Positions 9,643-18,845 of a stretch of 64,000 nt of DNA are shown here, one piece after another. How positions within the stretch are numbered: position 1 is the first letter of the stretch; every line of letters begins with the position of its first letter. A program made the position numbers and the translations under genes. Below the pieces are notes generated by a model. That model made no database searches and was not told the origin of the DNA. It saw nothing but the letters and a program-made list of their open reading frames with translations. Source of the stretch: Acidimicrobiaceae bacterium (GTDB taxonomy: Bacteria > Actinomycetota > Acidimicrobiia > Acidimicrobiales > Aldehydirespiratoraceae); NCBI GenBank assembly GCA_009843915.1, contig VYCM01000110.1, forward strand, positions 17,298 through 81,297, in the 5' to 3' direction.

Positions 9643-9715
9643 GACCGGAAATTACTGTCTGCCCGCCGGCTGCGCCGTCACGGCGCGGTCACGGGGTCTG
9701 TGGCTGCGGGATGTG

Positions 9716-11131
9716 TCAGCCCGGGACTTCGATGGGGATGTCGCGCCGCACGGCCGGGCTCTCGGCCAGGGCCGCGTTCATGTTCTCCTCGTAGGGAGCC
9801 AGGGCGTCGTCCATGGACTGGCCCTCGATGACATAGCGCCGGAACGCTCCGTCGAACTCCGCGTAGTGGATGCCGCCCGCGCTGTCGAAGGGCCCGCCGA
9901 TGGGGCTGATGATGATGGAGCGGGCCGCGTCGATGAACGCCTGGTGGTTGTTGGGCGGTGGTTGGCGCCATCTCGGGTCGTCGGCATAGCGCTTCAGCGG
10001 CGGCACCACTGCGCCGCCCTCCATCCAGGGCACGTAGGCGGGACCGTAGATGTGCTTGATGAGCTCCCAGACGACGTCGGGGTGCTCGGTCTGGGAGCTG
10101 ATTCCCCAGCCGGCAGTGCCGCCGCCCCCGCGGGTGCCGTGGGTGCCATCGGGCAGGGTGTGCACGTCCCACTCGAACTCGGAGGCCCGCAACGCGGGGA
10201 CTGACCACACCGCGCCCTCGACCATGGCGAACCGGCCGCCGATGAAGCCGTCGTGGGGCCCGCCGGCCGCGGTGATCTGCTCGGGAGTGGCGAACACCCC
10301 TTCGATGACCGGGTCCCACAGGGCTCGCAGCCCGGCCCGGAAGTTGTCGTCGATCAGCATGACCTGGGCCTCTTCGTCGAGGAAGTCCCCGCCGAAGGCT
10401 CCGATGGGTCCGTGAGCGTTGTCGGGGTTGTTCGACGCCGGCGCGTAGCCGATCACGTCGCCGGTGGTGAGCACGCGGGCGTACTCGGCCATGTCGTCCC
10501 AGGTGAAGCCTTCTCCGGGAAGCTCAAGGCCGGCCGCCTCCAGCATTGGGATGTTGTAGAAGAAGGTGTTCACGTCGGCGCTCATGCCCTGGCAGTGCAT
10601 CTCGCCGGCCGCCTGGTCGCCCAGGGCCACCGTGGAGCAGACCTGGAGCATCGACGGGTACCACGCGTCAACGTTCAGGTCGGGGTCGGCCTCCAGATAG
10701 GGCCGCATGTCCAGCGTGACCCCCTGCTGGGCGAACAGGTCGACCCAGCCGTTGTGGCTGAAGAAGAGGTCGGGCATGTTCTCGACCGCCATGTAGGACA
10801 CCAGCTTCTCGGTGTAGCCGTCGGGCGCAATCTCCTCCATCTCGATCGACACGCCCGGATGCAGCGCGGTGAACGAGTCGATCGTCGGCTGCACCTCGTC
10901 GAAGTAGGGCAGGCCCTGCAGGCTCATGGCACCCCAGCGCAGCGAGCCGCTCAGTTCCGGGGCAGCCGCCTCCGTTGTGGTCGGGGCCGCGGTAGTTGTT
11001 GGCGCAGCCGTGGTGGTGGGCGCGGGCGCTGGATCATCGTCGCCGCACGCCCCGAGGATGGCGGCGGCACCCAAGCCACCTCCGGTGAGCGTCAAGAACC
11101 TTCGGCGGTCCATACCATTATGTCGAGTCAT
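9716..11131 (-). CDS. Extracellular solute-binding lipoprotein (CUT1 sugar ABC), Tat-type signal
   Basis: Start chosen at MTRHNGMDRRRFL (ATG 11131, GGAGGGAG upstream). Twin-Arg motif plus ILGAC lipobox, then a Pro/Thr/Ala linker. Confidence 0.85.
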   Translation of the reverse strand: MTRHNGMDRRRFLTLTGGGLGAAAILGACGDDDPAPAPTTTAAPTTTAAPTTTEAAAPELSGSLRWGAMSLQGLPYFDEVQPTIDSFTALHPGVSIEMEEIAPDGYTEKLVSYMAVENMPDLFFSHNGWVDLFAQQGVTLDMRPYLEADPDLNVDAWYPSMLQVCSTVALGDQAAGEMHCQGMSADVNTFFYNIPMLEAAGLELPGEGFTWDDMAEYARVLTTGDVIGYAPASNNPDNAHGPIGAFGGDFLDEEAQVMLIDDNFRAGLRALWDPVIEGVFATPEQITAAGGPHDGFIGGRFAMVEGAVWSVPALRASEFEWDVHTLPDGTHGTRGGGGTAGWGISSQTEHPDVVWELIKHIYGPAYVPWMEGGAVVPPLKRYADDPRWRQPPPNNHQAFIDAARSIIISPIGGPFDSAGGIHYAEFDGAFRRYVIEGQSMDDALAPYEENMNAALAESPAVRRDIPIEVPG

Positions 11132-11312
11132 CGCTCCCTCCTCAGAGCCGTCCCCCTGCGCGAGACCGATAAGTCCCGCTGAGCGACACCATACGCGGGT
11201 CAGGAACGCGACGAGAAATCCGCAATCCTTGAGGGTCGCCGTCATCTGGAATGGCGGTTCCTTCGTCGATTAGGTCAATATGGCTGCCCGACCCACGACC
11301 TCGGAGGCCACC

Positions 11313-11678
11313 ATGATCAAGGTGATCGGCACGGCGTACAAGCGCGACGACTTCACGACCCAGGAGTTCTTCGACTACTGGCGGGACGTCCACGCGCCCA
11401 TCTCGGCGAAGATCGGCCCGATGCGCGGCTACGTGGTCTCCGAGGTGATCAGGAAAGTGCAAGGAGAGTTGCAGGCCGAGGCGTTCATCGAGCAGTGGTG
11501 GGACGATCTGGACGCGTTCGAGAAGGCGGGCGAGACGCCCGAGATGGAGGTCGCCTGGGCGGACGTCTCGAACTACGCCAAGACCACCGGGACGTTCTGG
11601 GTGACGAAGGAACACGTCTACATTCCGCCCCCGATACCGCGGGGCGGCACCTTGAGCAGGCAGGCCTGGCTCGCCTAG
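11313..11678 (+). CDS. EthD-domain protein
   Basis: MIKVIG..YKR.D.T.QEFFDYWRDVHAP is the classic EthD N-terminus. GGAGG 5 nt upstream of ATG 11313. An alternative upstream ATG lies at 11280. Confidence 0.7.
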   Translation: MIKVIGTAYKRDDFTTQEFFDYWRDVHAPISAKIGPMRGYVVSEVIRKVQGELQAEAFIEQWWDDLDAFEKAGETPEMEVAWADVSNYAKTTGTFWVTKEHVYIPPPIPRGGTLSRQAWLA

Positions 11679-11688
11679 GGGAAATCCC

Positions 11689-12915
11689 CTACGTGGAGGA
11701 CGCCGGCGCGTCCAGGACCCTTCTCAGTTCGGGAACCCAATTCAGGCGGGTCTCGCCGGTCATCCCGTAGTTGGTGATGCTCAAGTCGTTGAATCCCATC
11801 CCGCTGATGGTGCCGAAGCGGCGCTTGGCGTCGTCGAGGGTGGCCAGGTATTGCGGGGCGAGGTTCAGAACGACGTTGACCTTCGATGGGTCGAAGTAGC
11901 GGCCTACATACTCCAGCTCGGAGCGAGTCCAGCCCTCATCGACTTTGGCCGCGCCGGGACCGCCGGCCGTGTAGCCGAAGACGATCAGCCGGTCAAGGAC
12001 TCGTGACCAGGCGGCGAAGTCGGTGCCCTCGATCCACGTGCTGTGCTCGAGCGTCGGCGGGAAGATGGCCGAGAAGCAGTGGAGCTCCGTGCTCTCGCTG
12101 TGGCATAGCTCTGCCAGCGAGGAGACGAGGGAGGCCACTGTCGCCTGCCTGTACGAGATGAATGCCTGGAGGTCGTCGTTCGCCGCGAGTGCTTCTCGCA
12201 CGTCGTCGGTGCCGACGCTCCAGACGTCGTCGCGCCATCGTCTCTCCAAGTCCCGGCTGATCGCCGCCCGCAGTTCGACCACCGAGATCCCCTCCCGGCG
12301 GGCTCCGGCCATGCACGCATCGCAGAAGCACAGCGACAGGAACAGTTCCTCGAGCGGTCCGTGGCCGACGTACTCCGCCTCATGGTGGTGGAAGTGGCGA
12401 TAGCCGAGGTAGCCGATCGACTCGAGCCTGATGGCACCGAAGATCTGCGACCGGGCCAACTCGCCGACCAGGGACTCGGCGAATCGCCGAGCCTGGGGAT
12501 GGGAGGGGCACAGCGCATACGAATACGGGTTCCCGAAGCAGTTCCGCACGACGCCGAGGGGGAGCCTCCGACCGAGCTCGGAGCCGTGCATCGGCATCGC
12601 CCAGGCGTCGAGCCGGATTCCCCGGTCTGAGAGCGCCTCCGCCAGTCGCTGCCAGAACCGCTTGCCCGATCTGGGTGCGGACTCCGACTCCATCCCGGCA
12701 AAGGGTGCCTCGAGGCTCTCGAACGGGTAGTTCGCCCCGGGCCCGCCCAGGAGACGGACCTTGTGCTCGCGTGCCCGCGGCAGGAGCGCACGGCCGGAGT
12801 GATAGAGGACGCTGGGGCTCGCCGATGTGACGCCCAGCTGTTCGAGGCGTGCCGCGAATCGGTCGATTCCCTCGTCCTCTATGTCCCAAGGGAAGACCCA
12901 GAACCCGACCGGCAT
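11689..12915 (-). CDS. Uncharacterised conserved-looking protein (408 aa; possible glycoside-hydrolase-like or metal-dependent TIM-barrel)
   Basis: Start MPVGFWVFPWD at 12915 with GGACAGGAG upstream, 20 nt after the Gfo gene stop. His cluster YRHFHHHE and Cys cluster LCFCDAC. I recognise no family with confidence. The track ORF extension to 13437 is a shadow frame. Confidence 0.6.
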   Translation of the reverse strand: MPVGFWVFPWDIEDEGIDRFAARLEQLGVTSASPSVLYHSGRALLPRAREHKVRLLGGPGANYPFESLEAPFAGMESESAPRSGKRFWQRLAEALSDRGIRLDAWAMPMHGSELGRRLPLGVVRNCFGNPYSYALCPSHPQARRFAESLVGELARSQIFGAIRLESIGYLGYRHFHHHEAEYVGHGPLEELFLSLCFCDACMAGARREGISVVELRAAISRDLERRWRDDVWSVGTDDVREALAANDDLQAFISYRQATVASLVSSLAELCHSESTELHCFSAIFPPTLEHSTWIEGTDFAAWSRVLDRLIVFGYTAGGPGAAKVDEGWTRSELEYVGRYFDPSKVNVVLNLAPQYLATLDDAKRRFGTISGMGFNDLSITNYGMTGETRLNWVPELRRVLDAPASST

Positions 12916-12935
12916 CCGTGCTCCTGTCCCTGGTC

Positions 12936-13970
12936 TCAGTCCTCGACGGCCGCCGGTGTTCCCGACTCCGCGGCGCGGCCGATCGCTTCCACGACCGCCT
13001 GCACATGCACCGCGTCGTCGATCGAGGCGACGCCAGTGTGGAGGTCGCCCCGGACATGGGCCAGGAAATCGAAGAGCTCGTCGCGCAGCGCTCCGCCCAC
13101 CCCGAGTGCCGAGGCGGGAAACAGCGTGGACTCGGGCACGTAGGTCCGCTCGTCGGTCATCAGCATGAGCGACGGGTCGTACAGGGAGAGCGTCTCGACA
13201 GCCGATGTGCCGTGCACCTCGAAGTGCGCGTCGAGAACGCCGGCGCCCTCGTCCTCGCGGCCCAGCGGGCCGACGATGTTGGCCGGCGCGCCGTCGGGAA
13301 TGAGCCACGACGTCTCCAGCACAGCCAGAGCGCCGCCGTCGAACTCCAGGACGGCCACCACAGCCTCGGGCGGGGGCCCTCCGAGGAACTTCTGGCCCCA
13401 CGCCGACACGCGAACGCAGCGCTGCTTGGTGAGCCACGTCGCCAGATCCAGGTCGTGGACCATGCTCTCAAGCACCGGATGGCTGTGCTTGCCCCATGTC
13501 TCGAACCAGGTGCGGGAGCAATTCCGCTTGGAACGGATCAGCACCACGCGGCCGAGGCGCCCGCTGTTCACATGGTCGTGCAGCAGCTGGTGGCGAGCCT
13601 CGTACCGCAGGATGTAGCCCGCTTGGAATATGAGGCCGGCTTGATCTGCGAGGCTCTTCAGTTCCCGGGCCTCGGCCCAGGACAGGGCTAGCGGCTTCTC
13701 GGAGAACACGTGGATGCCGGCCTCGAGGGCGGCGCGGGTGATCGTGGCATGACTGTTCGACGACGAGGCGACGATCACGCAGTCCGGCTCCATGCCCTGG
13801 AGCATCTCGACCGCGTCGTCGAAGATCCTCGCCTGCGGGTGCTCCCGCGCCGCCTGTTCCCGGCGGTCCGTACTCAACTCGGCGATGGCGAATTCGGTGA
13901 CGAACGGATTGGCCGCTATGACCTGGGCGTGCCGGATAGCGAAGCCGAAGCCTGCGAGTCCTACCTTCAT
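12936..13970 (-). CDS. Gfo/Idh/MocA-family oxidoreductase
   Basis: MKVGLAGFGF Rossmann N-terminus and FSEKPL motif. TAATG 1-nt overlap with the upstream permease. Confidence 0.85.
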   Translation of the reverse strand: MKVGLAGFGFAIRHAQVIAANPFVTEFAIAELSTDRREQAAREHPQARIFDDAVEMLQGMEPDCVIVASSSNSHATITRAALEAGIHVFSEKPLALSWAEARELKSLADQAGLIFQAGYILRYEARHQLLHDHVNSGRLGRVVLIRSKRNCSRTWFETWGKHSHPVLESMVHDLDLATWLTKQRCVRVSAWGQKFLGGPPPEAVVAVLEFDGGALAVLETSWLIPDGAPANIVGPLGREDEGAGVLDAHFEVHGTSAVETLSLYDPSLMLMTDERTYVPESTLFPASALGVGGALRDELFDFLAHVRGDLHTGVASIDDAVHVQAVVEAIGRAAESGTPAAVED

Positions 13971-14845
13971 TACTTGGCGACGCCTTGGGCCAGCCCCCGC
14001 ACGACGTAGCGCTGGAATACGAGCGCTAGCAGCACCGGCGGCACGACCGCGAGTACAGTCGCAGCCGCCAGCGTTGTCCAGTTGAACTGGAAGAAGCCCC
14101 GGAAGCCCGCGAGGACCGGCGGAATCGTCAACTGGTTGGTCAACGTCAGCGCGTAGAAGAACTCTCCCCAGCTCTCGAGGAACACCAGACAGGCGGCCGC
14201 GATGAAGCCGGGCCTAGCGATGGGACGTATCACATACCAGAGCGCCTGAAGCCGCGAGGCCCCGTCCACCAGAGCGGCCTCGTCCAGTTCGCGGGGCAGC
14301 CCGTCGAAGTAGTTCTTGAGGACCAGGATGGTGATCGGCAGCGTGAACGAGATGTAGACGACCACGAGTCCGTAGCGGCTGTTGATGAGGCCCAGGTCGC
14401 GGAGGGCGACGAAGAAGGCGGCCACGATCGCGATCGGGGGCACGAGACGGGCGAAGAGAACGGAGAAGTAGCTCAGCCGGGAGCCTCGGAACCGGAACCG
14501 TGACATCGAATAGGCGGCCGTGCCGCCGAGGGCGAGGTTCGCCACCACGGTGAGGATGCCTACGGCGAAACTCTCTCCCAATGCCGTCAGCACTCTGAGG
14601 CCTACCTGGGCGCCGCCGGGAGCGACTTGGCCGGCGAGGATCGCGCTGTAGTTCCCCAGGGTCGGCTCCTCCGGGATCCAGTGCGGCGGTACCGCCACCG
14701 CCTCGGCGGGAGTCATGAAGCTGCTGTTGACGAGGAACCAGAACGGGAACAGCACCCAGACGGCGAACAGCACGAGAGCCGCGTACAGCAGTGCGGTGAC
14801 CGCCCTCTTCCTGAGAACTGGTCGACTCAGCGTCCTGCTCGCCAT
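13970..14845 (-). CDS. Carbohydrate ABC transporter permease (CUT1)
   Basis: Multi-TM, EAA-loop EAALVDGAS. Confidence 0.9.
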   Translation of the reverse strand: MASRTLSRPVLRKRAVTALLYAALVLFAVWVLFPFWFLVNSSFMTPAEAVAVPPHWIPEEPTLGNYSAILAGQVAPGGAQVGLRVLTALGESFAVGILTVVANLALGGTAAYSMSRFRFRGSRLSYFSVLFARLVPPIAIVAAFFVALRDLGLINSRYGLVVVYISFTLPITILVLKNYFDGLPRELDEAALVDGASRLQALWYVIRPIARPGFIAAACLVFLESWGEFFYALTLTNQLTIPPVLAGFRGFFQFNWTTLAAATVLAVVPPVLLALVFQRYVVRGLAQGVAK

Positions 14846-14855
14846 CGCTTCTCGC

Positions 14856-15731
14856 TCACGCCTGCAACGGGTCGTCTCGTCCGAGCAGTATCAGGGCGAT
14901 CGAACTCACGAGCACCGCGACGACTCCCAGCATCACCGCCAGCGCCGATCCCGCTCCGATGTCAGAGAATATGAACAGCTGCCGGTACAGCAGGATCGGC
15001 AGCAGGGTGGTGGCATCACCGGGCCCGCCCTGGGTCATCACCCAGACCGTGTCGAATTGGAGAACCCCGTAGATCACGTTGATGACGACGACCACCAGCA
15101 GCATGGGACGGATCCAGGGGAAGACGACCCCGCGGAACCGTTGCCACGCCGTGGCCCCGTCGACCTTCGCCGCCTCGACTATCTCGTTGGGGAGGGTCTG
15201 GAGAGAAGCCAGGAACAGCAGGGCTGAGAACGACGCCTGGTGCCAGGCGGCCGCCAGGATCGTGAAGACGAGGGCCCATTCCCGGTCGGCCAGAAACGGC
15301 TTGTAGTCCTCGATCACGCCGATTTCGAACAGGACCGCGTTCAGTCCGCCCACCTGCGGGTCGATGAGCCACTTCCACATCACCCCCGCGATGATGACGG
15401 GCGTGGCCCAGGGGATGATCAGGAGCGCCCGGGCGATGCCCCGCCCTCGCAGCGGCTGGTCGAGCAGCAGTGCGAAGAGCAGCCCGAGGACCGTGGCCAG
15501 GAGGACGTATCCGGCCGTGTACTGCAAGGTGACCACGAGCGATTCGACGAAGGACTCGTCTCCGAGAACCTTCCCGTAGTTGTCGGTGCCGACGAACGTG
15601 GCGGGATCGTCTGAGAGCGGGACCCGCTGGAAGCTGTAGATCAACGTCTGTATGCCTGGAATGCCGACGACCAGGACCAGCGAGATGATGGCGGGGAGCG
15701 CGAGGACCAGGCCGAACTGCCGGTCGCTCAA
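14856..15731 (-). CDS. Carbohydrate ABC transporter permease (CUT1)
   Basis: Multi-TM, EAA-loop EAAKVDGAT. The start appears to be TTG at 15731. Confidence 0.85.
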   Translation of the reverse strand: MSDRQFGLVLALPAIISLVLVVGIPGIQTLIYSFQRVPLSDDPATFVGTDNYGKVLGDESFVESLVVTLQYTAGYVLLATVLGLLFALLLDQPLRGRGIARALLIIPWATPVIIAGVMWKWLIDPQVGGLNAVLFEIGVIEDYKPFLADREWALVFTILAAAWHQASFSALLFLASLQTLPNEIVEAAKVDGATAWQRFRGVVFPWIRPMLLVVVVINVIYGVLQFDTVWVMTQGGPGDATTLLPILLYRQLFIFSDIGAGSALAVMLGVVAVLVSSIALILLGRDDPLQA

Positions 15732-15817
15732 CCGGGACCCGGCTTGGGGTGGCGCCTTGGCGCGCGCCGTCGCCGTCTTTGAAGCTTGAAGCGTTCCCTG
15801 AGGTGAGGTCAGTGCTA

Positions 15818-17182
15818 CTAACCCGCCGCCAGCTCTACCGCGTCGTCGGCCATGTTGGCCACGGTCTCCGCCGGTGTCGCGTCCCCGGCCAGCATGTCGT
15901 TGACGCGCTCACCCACCTTGACCTGGAAGCCCTGATACCAGCTCAGCGCCCTTGCCGCCGGTGTCCCCGCCCTGTCGTACTCCGACGTGATCACGCCGAG
16001 GTCGTAGTAGTCGGGATAGGCGGCCTGGATGGCGGGATCCTCAAAGAAGGACGGGTACGGGACGGCCAGCGCGGCAGCCTCGACCCAGGTCAACGGAACG
16101 GTGAAGTTCCCGTCGTTGTCGGCCCCCGTGTAGAACTTCAGCAGGTCCCAGGCGTCGTTCAGCGCGGTTCCTTCGAGGTCGGGGCCCATCTGGACGACTT
16201 CGCCGGCCAGGAGCGTCTGGCCCGCTCCGGGCATCGGGGCCATCCGCAGGTCGGCGGCCGCCGGTCCCCCGACGTCGTTGAAGATCTTCAGCCAGTAGTC
16301 GTGGCCGGCGTAGAACGCGAACGTTCCCTGCGTCATCCCGCCGATGAGCTCCGGGTTGTCGTCGGTGAGAATCGTCGGCGACGTCAGTCCGTCCTGGTAC
16401 ATCGCCCGCCACCACTCCAGCACGTCGACACTCCTGGGATCATCGGCGAACACCGGCTGGGCAGCATCATCGAACGGGGTGATGCCCTCTCCCAGGAGAG
16501 TGGCCATGAGGTATTCCTCGATCCGCTCGTTGAGCCACGACGACTCGTAGGGCGCGTCCGAGATCCCGTCAGCCTTGATCTTGGCGCACTGGTCGTAGTA
16601 CTCCTGAAGCGTCTGGGGCGGACCGGAGAATCCTGCCTGCTCGACCATCGCCGCGTTGTAGTGGTTCATGAACACGGCCGAGAAGTAGGGCAGGCTGGTG
16701 ATCTGCCCGTCGGCGGTGACGAACCGTGACCGCGCCCCCGGGTAGAGCGCATCGATGCGCTCCTCCACGCCCGGCAAGTCGTTCAGCGTCCGGTTCCACC
16801 CGTTCTCGAGGAACTGGCCCAGCAGGTACGTGAAGTTGTAGAAGAGGTCGGGTCGGTCTCCGCCCCGGAACCTCGTCTGGATCGCGGCCGGATAGCCGGT
16901 TACCGGAAGCACCTCGAGCTCAACGGTGCCGCCCGACACGGCCGCCCACGTGTCCAAGTGCGTCTGGATCGTGTCCGGCAGGAAGTCCCAGCCGACGAAC
17001 CTCAGCGTCCTCCGGGTCGCCTCGGGATCTTCCCCGCTGCAAGCGGCTAGAAGCGCCGCCGCCGCCGGGAGCGAGAGCCCGAGGCCCATCGCCCCCTGGA
17101 GAAAGCCGCGTCGCCCGAAGCTCGCCCGGTCTCCATCACCCCGATCAGAATGCTGGGACTTAGATCCTTCGCGCATTTTCAT
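15818..17182 (-). CDS. Extracellular solute-binding lipoprotein (CUT1 sugar ABC), Tat-type signal
   Basis: Start MKMREG at 17182 with AGGGGGT upstream. GRRGFLQG twin-Arg motif and LLAAC lipobox. The upstream part of the track ORF is not coding. Confidence 0.85.
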   Translation of the reverse strand: MKMREGSKSQHSDRGDGDRASFGRRGFLQGAMGLGLSLPAAAALLAACSGEDPEATRRTLRFVGWDFLPDTIQTHLDTWAAVSGGTVELEVLPVTGYPAAIQTRFRGGDRPDLFYNFTYLLGQFLENGWNRTLNDLPGVEERIDALYPGARSRFVTADGQITSLPYFSAVFMNHYNAAMVEQAGFSGPPQTLQEYYDQCAKIKADGISDAPYESSWLNERIEEYLMATLLGEGITPFDDAAQPVFADDPRSVDVLEWWRAMYQDGLTSPTILTDDNPELIGGMTQGTFAFYAGHDYWLKIFNDVGGPAAADLRMAPMPGAGQTLLAGEVVQMGPDLEGTALNDAWDLLKFYTGADNDGNFTVPLTWVEAAALAVPYPSFFEDPAIQAAYPDYYDLGVITSEYDRAGTPAARALSWYQGFQVKVGERVNDMLAGDATPAETVANMADDAVELAAG

Positions 17183-17309
17183 ACCCCCTAACGCGAAATG
17201 AATAATCCAGTTGCATGGTATACAGCCGCTGAATGGAGTGCCAAAGCGGAAGGCGCTCGAGGGATTGCTTGCAGCGGTCCGGCTACGGGAGTGTGCGTAA
17301 GCTCGTCTG

Positions 17310-18845
17310 GTGCACTCTTTGAGTGTCGAGCTCGGCATCGACGTCCCGATGAGCGACGGGACGAGACTCGCCACCGACGTGATCCGACCAGCAGGCGGCG
17401 GTCCGGTTCCCGCCGTCGTGGTGCGCACCCCCTACAACCGCTGCACTCCGGCGTCGCGCGGTCTCCAGGTCGATGCGTTGGGTCTGGCCGAGGCGGGCTA
17501 CGCCGTGGTGATCCAGGACGTGCGGGGCCGCTTCGCTTCCGGCGGCGACTTCGAGCCGTTCGTCAATGAGGAGGCCGACGGGGTCGACACCGTCGAGTGG
17601 GCGGCCGTGCAGCCCTGGTGCAACGGGCGGGTGGGCATGGCCGGCATCAGCTACCTCGGCTTCTGCCAGCTGGCGACGGCCGTACGCCGCCCGGAGCCGT
17701 TGCAGGCGATCGTGCCCGGACTCACGCCCTGCGATGTGCGTGATGGCTGGATCCAACCGAACGGTGAGGCGAATCACGGGTTCAACCTCGCCTGGATGCT
17801 TGGCGTCCTGCTGCCGGCCGACCCCCGCATGGCCGACCCGGCCGGGGCGCTCGCCGCCTGGGCGCGGCCCGGCGAGACCGCGGCTGGTGGCTCGGCGGTC
17901 GACCGACTCATCGCCGCCAGTCCCCTGGCCGGCGCCTGGCTGGAGTGGAACCGCCCCGACCCGTACGCCGACGCTGAGTCCGTCCCGGTCCGTGACTCCA
18001 TCGCTGGTGTGACGATCCCGGCTCTGGTGGTGGCCGGCTGGTTCGACGTATTCCAGCCCTCGACGTTCGAGCTCGCCGTGGCGCTGGCCGGGTCTGTCCT
18101 GGTTGCCGGTCCCTGGGGCCACGGGGGGCTGCCCTTGGCCCGCGACGCGGGGGCACGCGACCATGGCGCCACCGCCGCGTTCGACCTCGGTGGCGCCCAA
18201 CGGACGTTCCTTGATCGGCACCTGCGCGACGCCGGCACCTCGGCAGCCAAGGCGACGGTGTTCGTGACCGGCGCCAACCGTTGGGAGTCGCTCCCGGCCT
18301 GGCCTGGTCGGACCAGCCGGCTGGCCCTCTTCCCCGCCGCGGGCGGACGGCTCCGCGAAGCTGCCGAGGAGGCAACAGTCGCCGTGGGCCTGGACGCCGG
18401 AGATCCGACGCCCTCGGTCGGGGGGCGGGTCTTCCCCTGGGCACCCGACCTTGTGCCCGGCCCCTTCGACCAGTCGGCACGGGACGCACGCGGCGACGTG
18501 CTCACCTTCACGTCCGAGCCGTTGCCCACCGCCGTGACCGCGGCCGGACCGGTGACGCTCACGGTGGCAACCGACGCGGAGCGCCCTGAGGGGATGGTGT
18601 TCGCGACGCTGAGCGACATGGGGCCCGACGCGGCGGTGTGGAACGTCGCCGACGGCGGCGCGGCCGTCACCGGGCCGAGCACTCGCGTCGAGTTGGGTCA
18701 AGCCGCCCACCAGTTCGGCGCCGGCCACCGTGTACGCCTGACGTTGTCGTTCGGGGCCTTCCCCCGGTACCGGTGGCAACCGGTCGGCGGCCAACGCCAG
18801 ATCAGTCTCGGTTCAGGCACCCGGCTCGAAGTTGGTATCTGGTGA
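17310..18845 (+). CDS. CocE/NonD-family (peptidase S15 / X-Pro dipeptidyl-peptidase fold) hydrolase
   Basis: GTG start. DVRGRF.S.G and the nucleophile elbow GISYLG. 511 aa. Paralogue at 45059-46792. Confidence 0.85.
   Translation: MHSLSVELGIDVPMSDGTRLATDVIRPAGGGPVPAVVVRTPYNRCTPASRGLQVDALGLAEAGYAVVIQDVRGRFASGGDFEPFVNEEADGVDTVEWAAVQPWCNGRVGMAGISYLGFCQLATAVRRPEPLQAIVPGLTPCDVRDGWIQPNGEANHGFNLAWMLGVLLPADPRMADPAGALAAWARPGETAAGGSAVDRLIAASPLAGAWLEWNRPDPYADAESVPVRDSIAGVTIPALVVAGWFDVFQPSTFELAVALAGSVLVAGPWGHGGLPLARDAGARDHGATAAFDLGGAQRTFLDRHLRDAGTSAAKATVFVTGANRWESLPAWPGRTSRLALFPAAGGRLREAAEEATVAVGLDAGDPTPSVGGRVFPWAPDLVPGPFDQSARDARGDVLTFTSEPLPTAVTAAGPVTLTVATDAERPEGMVFATLSDMGPDAAVWNVADGGAAVTGPSTRVELGQAAHQFGAGHRVRLTLSFGAFPRYRWQPVGGQRQISLGSGTRLEVGIW

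Noticed and set aside
9672-9686. Small hairpin GCGCCG-tca-CGGCGC between the SBP and first permease genes, possibly stabilising the SBP mRNA segment.
   Set aside because: The stem is only 6 bp with a 3-nt loop. Such inverted repeats arise by chance in GC-rich DNA, and comparable structures after the other SBP genes were not convincing.
17217-17244. Possible promoter for the minus-strand SBP gene, TTGGCA-N16-TATACC.
   Set aside because: The -10 hexamer lacks the invariant final T and the spacing is 16 nt. This is too weak to call without 5'-end data.
17283-18794. 503-aa antisense ORF opposite the CocE/NonD gene. Similar long antisense or off-frame ORFs occur at 62345-63889, 38/39-kb 37911-39281, 40992-42554, 49417-51399, 51579-53474, 53429-54991, 32806-34518 and 22710-24113.
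   Set aside because: The composition is dominated by Arg/Gly/Pro/Ala, with no recognisable motifs. Each lies opposite or out of frame to a gene with clear family signatures. These are classic high-GC shadow ORFs.
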